A DNA stretch of 64,000 nt, taken from contig JACRCW010000080.1 in assembly GCA_016218805.1 (NCBI GenBank), positions 1 to 64,000 of the forward strand, read 5' to 3'. Both the position numbers and the translations under genes were made by a program. The first letter of the stretch is position 1; every line of letters starts with the position of its first letter. A model generated the notes under the pieces. It was not told the DNA's origin. It was given only the letters and a program-made list of their open reading frames with translations, and ran no database searches. The DNA is from Deltaproteobacteria bacterium (lineage in GTDB: Bacteria > Myxococcota > JACRCW01). Shown here piece by piece: positions 48,014 to 57,121 of this stretch.

Positions 48014-48696
48014 TGGGGATGATGCGGCGGCACACGGATCGCAGTTACGAGGCGGAGCTGGCAGCGCTGCGGGAGAAGGTGGCGCGCATGGGCGCGCGCG
48101 TGGAGGGCGCGGTGGCCACGGCCACGCGGGCCATTGTGCAGCGGGACGCGGCCATGGCGGAATCCGTCCGGGTGGAGGACCGGCTGGTCAACCGCCTGGA
48201 GGTGGAGATTGACGAGGACTGCCGCCGGATCCTGGCACTGCGGCAACCCGCCGGGAGTGATCTGCGGTTCATCACCACCGCGCTGAAGATCGTCGTGGAC
48301 CTGGAGCGCATTGGGGACCTTGCGGCCAACATTGCGGGGCGGGCCATTGAACTGGCGGAGGCGCCGCCCCTGTTGTCGCCGCCGGACGTCGGGCGGCTTT
48401 CCGAACTGGTGCAGGCGCAGCTGTCGCGCGCCATGCGGGCATTTGTGGACTCGGACGTGGCGCTGGCGGAGGAAGTGAAGGGCGAGGATGACCTGGTGGA
48501 TGCGCTGTACATGAAGCTGTTCAATCAGCTGCTGGGCCTGATGATGGAGGATTCCCGCAACATCCGCCGGTTGACGGCATTGATGTTTGTGGCCAAGCAC
48601 CTGGAGCGCGCGGGCGACCATGCGACCAATGTGGCCGAAATGGCCATCTACCTGGCGCGCGGTACCGACGTGCGTCACCCCCGCAGCCGCGCCTGA
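48013..48696 (+). CDS. phoU: Phosphate signalling protein PhoU
   Basis: QPAGSDLR, DLERIGD, LERAGDHATN. Confidence 0.95.
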   Translation: MGMMRRHTDRSYEAELAALREKVARMGARVEGAVATATRAIVQRDAAMAESVRVEDRLVNRLEVEIDEDCRRILALRQPAGSDLRFITTALKIVVDLERIGDLAANIAGRAIELAEAPPLLSPPDVGRLSELVQAQLSRAMRAFVDSDVALAEEVKGEDDLVDALYMKLFNQLLGLMMEDSRNIRRLTALMFVAKHLERAGDHATNVAEMAIYLARGTDVRHPRSRA

Positions 48697-48849
48697 CCCG
48701 GGCACCGCGCGCGCAACCGTTTCGCCTGGATACCGGGGCTTTCCCGGTGAATACCGCGCTATCCACCCGCGGCCCGGATCTCCGCGGATTACCTCGCGGA
48801 CGGTGTGGCACCGCAGTTGCTGGTGCGGACGGCCACCCGGAGGTGGCTC

Positions 48850-51144
48850 ATGGCCCTCACGCGCAGGGACGTCATCAGGAATGGCTTGGTGGTGGTAGGT
48901 GGGACCGCGGCGGCCCCCCTGTTCCGCGGCACGCTGCAAGACGGGGCCGCGCGCGCCGCGGGCGTGACCACCTGGCACAAGGCTCCGTGCCGCTTCTGCG
49001 GGACGGGCTGCGGCGTGGAAGTGGGCGTCCGTGACAGCCGCGTGGTCGCCGTGCGGGGGGATGAACAAAGCCCGGTGAACGAGGGCCTGCTGTGCGCCAA
49101 GGGATTCGGGCTGGCCAAGATCCTGTACGGCGCGGACCGGCTGGTGCGGCCGCGCATCCGCAACAGTGCAGGCCAATTGGTGGATGCCACCTGGGACGAG
49201 GCGCTGGGCCTGATCGCGTCCAAGTGGACCGCGCTGGTGGCGGAGCATGGGCGGGATTCGGTGGCCATGTTCGGGTCCGGGCAGTGGACCATTCCCGAGG
49301 GGTACGCGGCGCTCAAGTTCATGAAGGGCGGTATCCGCACCAACAACCTGGAGGTGAATGCGCGCTTTTGCATGGCGTCCGCCGTCGTGGGCTATCTGAC
49401 CACGTACGGCATTGACGAGCCCTCCGGCTGCTATGACGACCTGGACCTGGCGGACGACTTCTTCCTGTGGGGCTCCAACATGGCGGAGATGCACCCCATG
49501 TTGTTCAACCGCATCCTGCGGCGGCGGCAGGCGGACGCGGGGGTGCGCGTCCACAACCTGACCACGTTTGGTCACATGACCAACCAAGGCGCCGACGAGA
49601 CGCTTGTCTTCAAGCCGCATTCGGACCTGTACCTGGCCAACGCCATGGCGCACGTGCTGGTGAACGAGGGCCTGGTGGACACCGCGTTCATCGGGAACCA
49701 CGCGGTGTTCATGCGGAACATCTCCGGGACGGACACGGCCATTGACCTGGCCGCGTACACCGCGTTCCTGGACGCCTACCGCCCGGGTGACGTGGCAACG
49801 GCCGTAGGCATCTCCGCCGCGGACATCACCCGGATGGCTCGGCTGTACGGCGACCCGGCGCGCAAGACGGTGTCCCTGTGGACCATGGGGATGAACCAGC
49901 ACACGCGCGGCGTGTGGATCAACAACCTGGTGCACAACCTCCACCTGCTGACGGGCAAGGTGGCCAGACCGGGCAACGGCCCGCTGTCGCTCACCGGCCA
50001 GCCCAGTGCGTGTGGCACCTGCCGCGAAGTGGGCACCTTCACGCACCGCCTGCCGTCAGACCGTGTGGTGGCCAACGCGGCGCACCGGGCGGCCGTGGAG
50101 TCCGTGTGGGGCGTGCCGGCAGGTACCATCCCCAGCCCGGCGGAGAGCCCGCTGACGGACGCCATGGCCATGTTTGAGAAGCTGGCCAACGGGTCCATCA
50201 AGTCCGTGTGGATCAACACCACCAATCCGTTCCAATCCATGCCCAACCTGGACGCGTACCTGCCGCGCATCCGCGCCGCGGACCCGTTCATCGTCGTGTC
50301 GGACATCTACCCGTCCCGCACCGTGGATGAAGCAGATGTGATCCTGCCCAGCGCCTGCTGGGTGGAAAAGGAGGGATTGTTCGGGAACACGGAGCGGCGG
50401 ACGCAGCACTTTGCCAAGCTGGTGCCGGCGGCGGGGGATGCGCGCCCGGACGTCTGGCAGTTTGTGGAGGTGGCGCGGCGGATGGGGTTTGGCCACCTGT
50501 TCCCAGCGGCGTGGGACGGCCAACTGGAGCGCTCGCTGTTTGATGAATACCGCCAACTCACGTTGGGCACCCATCACGACCTGGCAACGTTTGACGAACT
50601 GGTGGCGTCACGCGGGTTGCGCTGGCCGGTGCACGACGGAGTGGAGACCAAGTGGCGCTTCAACGCGGCGTATGACCCCGCCGTGGCGCCGGGCGCGCCG
50701 GATGGGATTGAGTTCTACGGGCGGGCGGACAAGCGCGCGGTGGTGTGGGCGCGCCCGTACGAGGCGCCCCCGGAGATTCCGGACGCAAACTACCCGTTTT
50801 GGCTGTGCACGGGCCGCGTGCTGGAGCATTGGCACACGGGGACCATGACGCGGCGGGTTCCGGAACTGCACCGCGCCGTACCGGAGGCCGTCTGCTACAT
50901 CAACGACGCTGACGCCGCCCGCCTGGGCGTGGGTGGGGGTGACCGCATCACCATCCGTTCCCGGCGCGGCAGCGTGCAGATGCGGGCGGAGCTGCCATGC
51001 CGCGTGTCCGTGCCTCCCGGGCTGGTCTACGTCCCGTTCTTTGACGAGGACTACCTCATCAACAAGGTGGTCCTGGGCGCAGTGGACCCGCAGTCCAAGC
51101 AGCCTGACTACAAGAAGTGCGCGGTCAGCATTGAGAAGGCGTGA
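48850..51144 (+). CDS. napA: Periplasmic nitrate reductase catalytic subunit
   Basis: Tat signal TRRDVI, CRFCGTGC 4Fe-4S, FGSGQWT, RFCMASA, GQPSACGT, SKQPDYKKCAV. Confidence 0.93.
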   Translation: MALTRRDVIRNGLVVVGGTAAAPLFRGTLQDGAARAAGVTTWHKAPCRFCGTGCGVEVGVRDSRVVAVRGDEQSPVNEGLLCAKGFGLAKILYGADRLVRPRIRNSAGQLVDATWDEALGLIASKWTALVAEHGRDSVAMFGSGQWTIPEGYAALKFMKGGIRTNNLEVNARFCMASAVVGYLTTYGIDEPSGCYDDLDLADDFFLWGSNMAEMHPMLFNRILRRRQADAGVRVHNLTTFGHMTNQGADETLVFKPHSDLYLANAMAHVLVNEGLVDTAFIGNHAVFMRNISGTDTAIDLAAYTAFLDAYRPGDVATAVGISAADITRMARLYGDPARKTVSLWTMGMNQHTRGVWINNLVHNLHLLTGKVARPGNGPLSLTGQPSACGTCREVGTFTHRLPSDRVVANAAHRAAVESVWGVPAGTIPSPAESPLTDAMAMFEKLANGSIKSVWINTTNPFQSMPNLDAYLPRIRAADPFIVVSDIYPSRTVDEADVILPSACWVEKEGLFGNTERRTQHFAKLVPAAGDARPDVWQFVEVARRMGFGHLFPAAWDGQLERSLFDEYRQLTLGTHHDLATFDELVASRGLRWPVHDGVETKWRFNAAYDPAVAPGAPDGIEFYGRADKRAVVWARPYEAPPEIPDANYPFWLCTGRVLEHWHTGTMTRRVPELHRAVPEAVCYINDADAARLGVGGGDRITIRSRRGSVQMRAELPCRVSVPPGLVYVPFFDEDYLINKVVLGAVDPQSKQPDYKKCAVSIEKA

Positions 51145-51154
51145 GGAGGCGGCC

Positions 51155-51874
51155 ATGAGAAACGGCTTGATTCTGAATTCGCTGCTTTTCTGCCCCGCGC
51201 TGCTGCTGCTTGCCACCGGGGCATGCCGGCCGGTTACCGGGGAGGCGGACGCGGGCAGCATGGCGGACGCCGCCCACGTTCACGACGGGTCCGTGCCGGC
51301 GGATGCGGGGACTCATCTGGACGCTGGCCACCACGCGGATGCCAGCCACCCGTTTGACGCCGCCATGTCACACGACGCGGGCACGTTGGAGGACGCGGGA
51401 ACGCAGCGGGATGCGGGTTTGCCGGTGGATTCCGGGGCGGCGGTGGATTCGGGAACCGCGGTGGATGCAGGGGGCACGGCAGATTCGGGGATCACCGCGG
51501 ATTCAGGAGTTTCGGTGGACTCCGGGTTCACGGCGGATTCGGGAACCACCGCGGACGCGGGGTTTACGGTGGATGCGGGCTCGGCGGTGGACGCGGCCGT
51601 TGCGGTTGATTCAGGGGCCACACCTGACGCGGGAGTTACAGCGGTGGACGCGGGCTGGACTGACGTGGACGCCGGGCCGCGGCGCGCCTTCCCCGGCGCC
51701 CCACCAACCATGCCGCACCTGCCCTACGGCTGCGAGATGAACTGCGCCATGTGCCACGCGGCCAGCTATCCCGGCATTCCGCCGGTGCCGCACCCGGAAC
51801 GCCTGATGTGCCGCCAGTGCCATGTGCCGCAGTACCAGGTGGCCTTGCGCGTGCAGAACACGTTCCTGCCGTAG
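51155..51874 (+). CDS. napB: Lipoprotein with long repeat linker and C-terminal NapB-like dihaem cytochrome c
   Basis: TGAC lipobox-like, RAFPGAPPTMPH, CAMCH, CRQCHVPQ. Confidence 0.8.
   Translation: MRNGLILNSLLFCPALLLLATGACRPVTGEADAGSMADAAHVHDGSVPADAGTHLDAGHHADASHPFDAAMSHDAGTLEDAGTQRDAGLPVDSGAAVDSGTAVDAGGTADSGITADSGVSVDSGFTADSGTTADAGFTVDAGSAVDAAVAVDSGATPDAGVTAVDAGWTDVDAGPRRAFPGAPPTMPHLPYGCEMNCAMCHAASYPGIPPVPHPERLMCRQCHVPQYQVALRVQNTFLP
51245..51676 (+). repeat. 18-bp / hexapeptide xD[AS]Gxx tandem repeat (about 24 units)
   Basis: VDSGAA VDSGTA VDAGGT ADSGIT ... read directly. Confidence 0.9.
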
Positions 51875-51882
51875 TGCAGCGG

Positions 51883-52593
51883 CTACTCCAGCACGTCGGA
51901 GGGCGCGCCCATGCGCGCCACGCGCCCGTCCTCCACCACCAGCACCACGTCGGCCGCCGCGCGGGCCAGCTCCACGTCGTGCGCCACCACCACCTGCGTG
52001 ATGCCGTGCCCGCGCAGGCGCCGCAGCAGCCCTGCCACGTCCGCGCGGGAAGCCGGGTCCAGCGCGCTGGTGGGCTCGTCGTAGAACAGCACGCGCGGCT
52101 CCATGCACAGTGCCCGCGCAATGGCCACGCGCTGCCGCTGCCCGCCGGACAGCGCGGACGGAAAGGCCTCCACCTTGTCTCCCACGCCCAGCTCATCCAG
52201 CAGCGCCCGCGCGCGCGCGCGCGTGACGTCATCCGCTTCCCGCCGAACGTGCCGCGGGGCCAGCGTGCAGTTGCGCAGCACGGACAGATGCGGGAACAGC
52301 TCATGGGACTGGAACACCATGCCCACCAGCCCGTGGATGCGCGCCTGCGCGCGCGCGTGCTCACGGCGGCCCACCTCCTCCGTGCCGCGCACCTCCACGC
52401 CGGCCACGCACACGCGGCCGCGTTCAAACGGGTCCAATCCCACCGCACAGCGCAACAGCGTGGTCTTGCCCGCCCCGGACCGCCCCATCACCACTGCCAC
52501 CTGCCCGGCCTCCAGCGCCCATGACACGCCGTCCAACACGCGCTTTCCGCCGCGTGAGCGCCCCAGGTTCTCAACGACGATACTCGCGGTCAT
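51883..52593 (-). CDS. Polar amino-acid ABC transporter ATP-binding protein
   Basis: GRSGAGKT, LSGGQRQRVAIAR, DEPTSALDP. Confidence 0.9.
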   Translation of the reverse strand: MTASIVVENLGRSRGGKRVLDGVSWALEAGQVAVVMGRSGAGKTTLLRCAVGLDPFERGRVCVAGVEVRGTEEVGRREHARAQARIHGLVGMVFQSHELFPHLSVLRNCTLAPRHVRREADDVTRARARALLDELGVGDKVEAFPSALSGGQRQRVAIARALCMEPRVLFYDEPTSALDPASRADVAGLLRRLRGHGITQVVVAHDVELARAAADVVLVVEDGRVARMGAPSDVLE

Positions 52594-54116
52594 CGCGGTT
52601 CCTCGCCGGTGGCAAGGTGTGCACCCAACCGTCCTTCCAGGTACCGCGCCAGCCGCGCCGCCGGCAGACCCAGCAGCAGGTACGCCGCCGCCACCACGAC
52701 GCCCAGCCCCAAATGGTCCCGCGTGGCGTTGGCCAGGTTCACGTACGTCTTGGTGAGTTCCGTCAGCGTCACCAGCGACACCAGGCTGGAGTCCTTCAAC
52801 AGCGCAATGAAGTCATTGGTGGACGGCGGCAGCGACACGCGCAGCGCCTGCGGGCCGATGACGAGGCGCAGCGACTGCCAGCCGGTGAAGCCCAGCGTGC
52901 GGGCGACCTCGGCCTGTCCCGCGGGCACGCTCTCCAGGCCCGCGCGGTAGTTCTCCGCCTCGGCCGCCGCGTAGTTGAGGCCCAGCGCCAGGATGCCGGA
53001 GGCCAGCGGGTCCAGCCGCACGCCCAGCTCCGGCAGGCCGAAGTAGATCATGGTGAGCTGGATGAGCAGCGGCGTGCCACGGAAGAACTCAATGTATGCC
53101 ACCGCGGTCCAGCGCAGCGCGCGGTTGCCGCGCCACCGGCACAGCGCCAGCGCCATCCCCAGCAACACCGCCAGCACCATCGCCGCCAGGCTGACCACCA
53201 CGGTCATCCACGCACCGCGCACAAACGCGGGCAGCAGCGCGGGGTACCGATCGCGTAGGCGCTCCCAAAACGGCGGTGGCGTGCCCACTGCGGTGCGCCA
53301 CGCCTCCCATGCCTCCGCCACACCGGACGGGCGCCCGCCCGGGTCACCCAGCAGCGCCGCCGTGGCCGCGTTGTACAAACCCCACCGCGAGTAGATACGT
53401 CGAAGCGTCCCGTCACGCGCCAGCGCGTCCAGCGCCGTGTTGATGGCCGCCAGCTGCGCGCCGTCATCGCGGCGCACCGCGGCGGCGTAGCGCACCTCGC
53501 CGTACGCGCCGGGGAGCACGCGCAACGCGCGGTCAATGCCGCCGTAATACATCGCAATCGGCTCGTCGGTGAGCACCGCGTCCGTGCGCCCCAGCCGCAG
53601 GTCGTCAAACATCTCGTCCTGCCCGCCTTCATACGTGCGCGTTGCCGCACCCACGCGTTCCAGCGCGCGCTCCGCCAGGCTGCCGGGCAGCGTGCCCACC
53701 TTCCAGTCCTTCAGTCCCTCAACGGTGGCGGGCGCATCGCGCGCATCCGCGCGCACGGTGAGCCGCTGCACGGCCACGTAGTACGGACGCGACAGCGCAC
53801 ACACGCGCAGCTTCTCGTCCGCCACCTCCATGCCATTGATCGCCGCGTCAAAGTCACCGCGGTTGAGCAGCTCCAGCAGGCGGTCCCACGGGCCGGGCAC
53901 CGGACGGGCGCGCTGTCCCATGCGCTCCGCCAACGCGTCAGCCAACTCCACCTCAAAGCCAATGAGGTGGTTGGGGTCCATGGGGTCCTGAAAGATGTAC
54001 GGCGCACCGCCCTGCGAATCCGCGCCCCACCGGAACTCGGCCGCCGGCGTTTCCGCGCGCACACCAGCCGCGCCCAGCAGTACGCACACAAGCAGCGCGC
54101 GCGCGGCCCCGCTCAT
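52590..54116 (-). CDS. Fused amino-acid ABC substrate-binding + permease protein
   Basis: SBP_bac_3-like GFEVELA; permease FRGTPLLIQL, LLKDSSL. Confidence 0.9.
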   Translation of the reverse strand: MSGAARALLVCVLLGAAGVRAETPAAEFRWGADSQGGAPYIFQDPMDPNHLIGFEVELADALAERMGQRARPVPGPWDRLLELLNRGDFDAAINGMEVADEKLRVCALSRPYYVAVQRLTVRADARDAPATVEGLKDWKVGTLPGSLAERALERVGAATRTYEGGQDEMFDDLRLGRTDAVLTDEPIAMYYGGIDRALRVLPGAYGEVRYAAAVRRDDGAQLAAINTALDALARDGTLRRIYSRWGLYNAATAALLGDPGGRPSGVAEAWEAWRTAVGTPPPFWERLRDRYPALLPAFVRGAWMTVVVSLAAMVLAVLLGMALALCRWRGNRALRWTAVAYIEFFRGTPLLIQLTMIYFGLPELGVRLDPLASGILALGLNYAAAEAENYRAGLESVPAGQAEVARTLGFTGWQSLRLVIGPQALRVSLPPSTNDFIALLKDSSLVSLVTLTELTKTYVNLANATRDHLGLGVVVAAAYLLLGLPAARLARYLEGRLGAHLATGEEPR

Positions 54117-55465
54117 CCCTCCGCCGCCCACCTACCCGCCAGCATGCCGGTGACCGCCGCCACACCCAGCCCCGTCCCCATCCGTGCGGCGTCATAACCC
54201 GCCAGCACGTTGCCCGCGGCGCGCACACCCGGGATGGCCACCGTGCGGCCGTCCTCTTTGAGCGGCTGCAGCGTGCCGTCGGTCAGCACACCCGCGCGCA
54301 TGAACGGCTGGTCGTCCTCCGGCAATTCGCCGACGTAACCGCCCACCCAACCGCCGGTCACGTGCGTCCCGTCAATGAACACCGGCAATCCCAGCATGGG
54401 CTCTGCAAAGTGGCCCTCCCGCCGGATGCCGCCGCCCAGGTACTTGCCCGTGCACAGCACCACCTGCGGCGCGCGCACGCGGTAGGGCACCTCGCCGGCG
54501 TGCGGCACCACGTCCACGTGGCTGACCACGCCCTCGGTGAGCACGGCCGGCGCGGCCACACCCTCCAGCACCGTCGCGCCTTCGCGCGCCACGCCCTCAT
54601 CCAACGCGCGCTGCAGCCGCTCACCCGGGACGCTGGGCGGCGCGCTCAGCAGCTCCGCCACCGGCACGCCCACGCGCGCTTCCAGTCCGCGCACCCACTC
54701 CGCGTGCCCGCCCAGCCCAAAGAACGGCGGCAGCAGCACCACGCGCACGCGCCCCGCACGCGCCACCGCCTCCACCAGGGACCGCGCCAGCGCTTCGCGC
54801 ACCTCGTCGTTCTGCAGGCGCCGCGCCAGCTCGCGCGGTGAGCGCAGCCCGTCATCCGGCGTGGTGATCCCCGGGACCACCACGTCCTCCACGCGCAGCG
54901 CGCCGCGTCCCTCCCCGCCCTGCGCCGTGTACCAGCGCAACCCGCCCGCCACGTGCTTACCGTCGCCCAGCGTCACGTGCGGCACGTGCACCACCAGCAC
55001 CGCCTCGTCGGCGTGCGCGTCCGCCAGATCGCCGTGCACCATGGTGGACTGCGCCATGGCGGTGCGCTTCACCGTGCCCACCGTGGAGGCCAGCACCATG
55101 TTCTCGCCGTCCGGCCGCGTCCACAGCTCCGCGCCGCGCGCCACTTCCGCCAGCATGGTGAGCGCTTCGGGGATGGCCGGCACAGTGCCCCGTACGCGCG
55201 CGTACGGGTGCCACCGGCTGCGCTCCGCCACCTGCTGCGCGGCCTCGCGCACCGGCAGCCCCGGTTGCCGCGCGTGCCGCGTCAGCCCCAGCGCGCCGTC
55301 CACGTGGTGCTCCGCCACGTCCACCGCGCCGCTGGACAGCATGGTGGCCCCGTCCCCGCGCCGCACCAGCACCACGCGTTTGCCCGCGCGCACGGCAGCC
55401 ACCGCGGCCAGGCTCCCCGCCGCGCCCCCGCCCAGCACCAGCACGTCAACGTCCAGTTCCCTCAT
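54113..55465 (-). CDS. glpB: Anaerobic glycerol-3-phosphate dehydrogenase subunit B
   Basis: GGGAAG FAD motif, SSGAVD, PPSVPGERL, TGKYLGGG, AAGNVLAGYD, GLGVAAVTG. Confidence 0.85.
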   Translation of the reverse strand: MRELDVDVLVLGGGAAGSLAAVAAVRAGKRVVLVRRGDGATMLSSGAVDVAEHHVDGALGLTRHARQPGLPVREAAQQVAERSRWHPYARVRGTVPAIPEALTMLAEVARGAELWTRPDGENMVLASTVGTVKRTAMAQSTMVHGDLADAHADEAVLVVHVPHVTLGDGKHVAGGLRWYTAQGGEGRGALRVEDVVVPGITTPDDGLRSPRELARRLQNDEVREALARSLVEAVARAGRVRVVLLPPFFGLGGHAEWVRGLEARVGVPVAELLSAPPSVPGERLQRALDEGVAREGATVLEGVAAPAVLTEGVVSHVDVVPHAGEVPYRVRAPQVVLCTGKYLGGGIRREGHFAEPMLGLPVFIDGTHVTGGWVGGYVGELPEDDQPFMRAGVLTDGTLQPLKEDGRTVAIPGVRAAGNVLAGYDAARMGTGLGVAAVTGMLAGRWAAEG

Positions 55466-57114
55466 GGCGGCTTCACCTGCCACGCTTCATGCAGCGCGCC
55501 CACGCCCAGGTGCACGTACTGGCTCAACTCCGCCACCGCCATGTTGGGCCCTTCCATGACGGGCTTCATCCCGCGCCACCGCGCCGTCAGCGCGTCGCGC
55601 ACCTCGTCAAACACGTCTTGCGCGGGCCGGTCCTGCGCCTGGATGAGCACCGCCGCACCACGCACCAGGCACCGCGCGCCCTGGCAGGCGCCCATCCCCA
55701 ACCGCGTGCGCCGCCGCACGTCCGCCAGCCGCCGCACCTGTTCGTGCTGCGCCACGTAGGCAATTTCGCCCGCCGTCACCGGTTCGCACGTGCACACCAC
55801 GCAGCGGCCGCCTTCCACGTGGTCCGCGTGCTCCACCACGCGCCGCGCGCGTGACCCGTGCCGGTACGCCACCCGCCCCACCGCGCTCAACGGCCAGCGG
55901 AACTGGCGGGACAGCACTTCCACGTCGGGCGCGGACTCGCCGCCGGGCAGCGGGTCCAGGTGCGTGCGGCACTCGCGCGTGTTCTGCAGCACCGCCGCAA
56001 TCTCGTCCGTGGCCTCCTGGGCAAACTGCCGGAAGCTGGCCAGCTTCCCGCCGGCCAGCGTGAAGAACCCCGGCGCCCCGTCCTCCGCGTGGTTGAACAC
56101 CTGGTGCGCGCGGCTGAGCGCATCCTCGTTCACGCCAAACTTGAACAACGTGGGCCGCACCCCCACGTAGCAGCGCTGCATGCGCAGCTGCTTGAGCGCC
56201 GGCAGCACGCGCTCGCCGCACTCGCGGATGTAGCCCACCTCGTCCTCGGTCGCGATGAGCCGGTCCAGGTCGCCGTAGTAATCGTCATCCGTGGTGCCGC
56301 AGATGGTGCCGTTCTCATGCGGCATGAGGAACATCTGCCGCCCGTCCACCCCCAGCGTGATGAACGCGTAGTTGGACACGCGGTGGCTGTAGACCACGTG
56401 CACGCCCTTCCCTGGACGCAGCCGCAACCGGGCACCCGCCATGGCGGCCAGCTGCGGCGCCCACGCCCCCGCGCTGTTGACCACCACGGTGGCCTCCACG
56501 CGCGTCACCTCGCCGGTCAGCGCGTCCCGCAGGGTGGCCCCCGTCACGCGGCCCTCCGCGCCGCGCAGCAGCCCGGTGACCTCGGTGTACGTGCGCACGT
56601 CCGCGCCCGCTTCGCGCGCGCTGACCGCGTTGCCAATGACCAGGCGGAAGGGGTCAATGCCCCACTCATCCATGGTCACCGCGCCAATGATGTCCGGTGT
56701 CAGCCCCGGCTCCAGCGCCAGCGCCTCGTCACGCGTGAGGCGCGTGTGCGTCTTGCCGCGCTTGAGCGGCTGGTAGTGGTCATACGCGGCAAAGAACATG
56801 TCCGCGCCGGCCATCACCAGTTCCGCAAACGCGTCATGCTTGAAGAACGGCACCAGGAACGGGATGCGGAACAGCAGGTGCGGGGCAATGCGCTGGATGT
56901 ACCCGGAGTCCGTGCACGAATCCTTCGCCGTCTGCACGTCGTACAGCAGGTAGCGCGCGCCACCGTGGATCATCCCGGTGTTGGCGCCGGACGCGCCGTG
57001 GCAGATGTCGTGCTTGTCCACCAGCAGCGTGCGCATCCCCCGCAGCGCGCAGTCGCGCGCCACGCCGCTGCCGTTGACGCCGCCACCGATCACCAGGACG
57101 TCGTAGCCGGCCAT
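55462..57114 (-). CDS. glpA: Glycerol-3-phosphate dehydrogenase subunit A with C-terminal BFD-like [2Fe-2S] domain
   Basis: IGGGVNG, GMIHGGARY, GVRP, GGKL, CTCE, RRTRLGMGACQGARC. Confidence 0.88.
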   Translation of the reverse strand: MAGYDVLVIGGGVNGSGVARDCALRGMRTLLVDKHDICHGASGANTGMIHGGARYLLYDVQTAKDSCTDSGYIQRIAPHLLFRIPFLVPFFKHDAFAELVMAGADMFFAAYDHYQPLKRGKTHTRLTRDEALALEPGLTPDIIGAVTMDEWGIDPFRLVIGNAVSAREAGADVRTYTEVTGLLRGAEGRVTGATLRDALTGEVTRVEATVVVNSAGAWAPQLAAMAGARLRLRPGKGVHVVYSHRVSNYAFITLGVDGRQMFLMPHENGTICGTTDDDYYGDLDRLIATEDEVGYIRECGERVLPALKQLRMQRCYVGVRPTLFKFGVNEDALSRAHQVFNHAEDGAPGFFTLAGGKLASFRQFAQEATDEIAAVLQNTRECRTHLDPLPGGESAPDVEVLSRQFRWPLSAVGRVAYRHGSRARRVVEHADHVEGGRCVVCTCEPVTAGEIAYVAQHEQVRRLADVRRRTRLGMGACQGARCLVRGAAVLIQAQDRPAQDVFDEVRDALTARWRGMKPVMEGPNMAVAELSQYVHLGVGALHEAWQVKPP

Positions 57115-57121
57115 GCGGGCT

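Noticed and set aside
48732..48748. Hairpin ACCGGG-GCTTT-CCCGGT after phoU as a terminator
   Set aside because: Short stem with no U-tract; insufficient support
51245..51676. Regular repeats resembling a CRISPR array
   Set aside because: Degenerate in-frame 18-bp coding repeats without spacers; no cas genes
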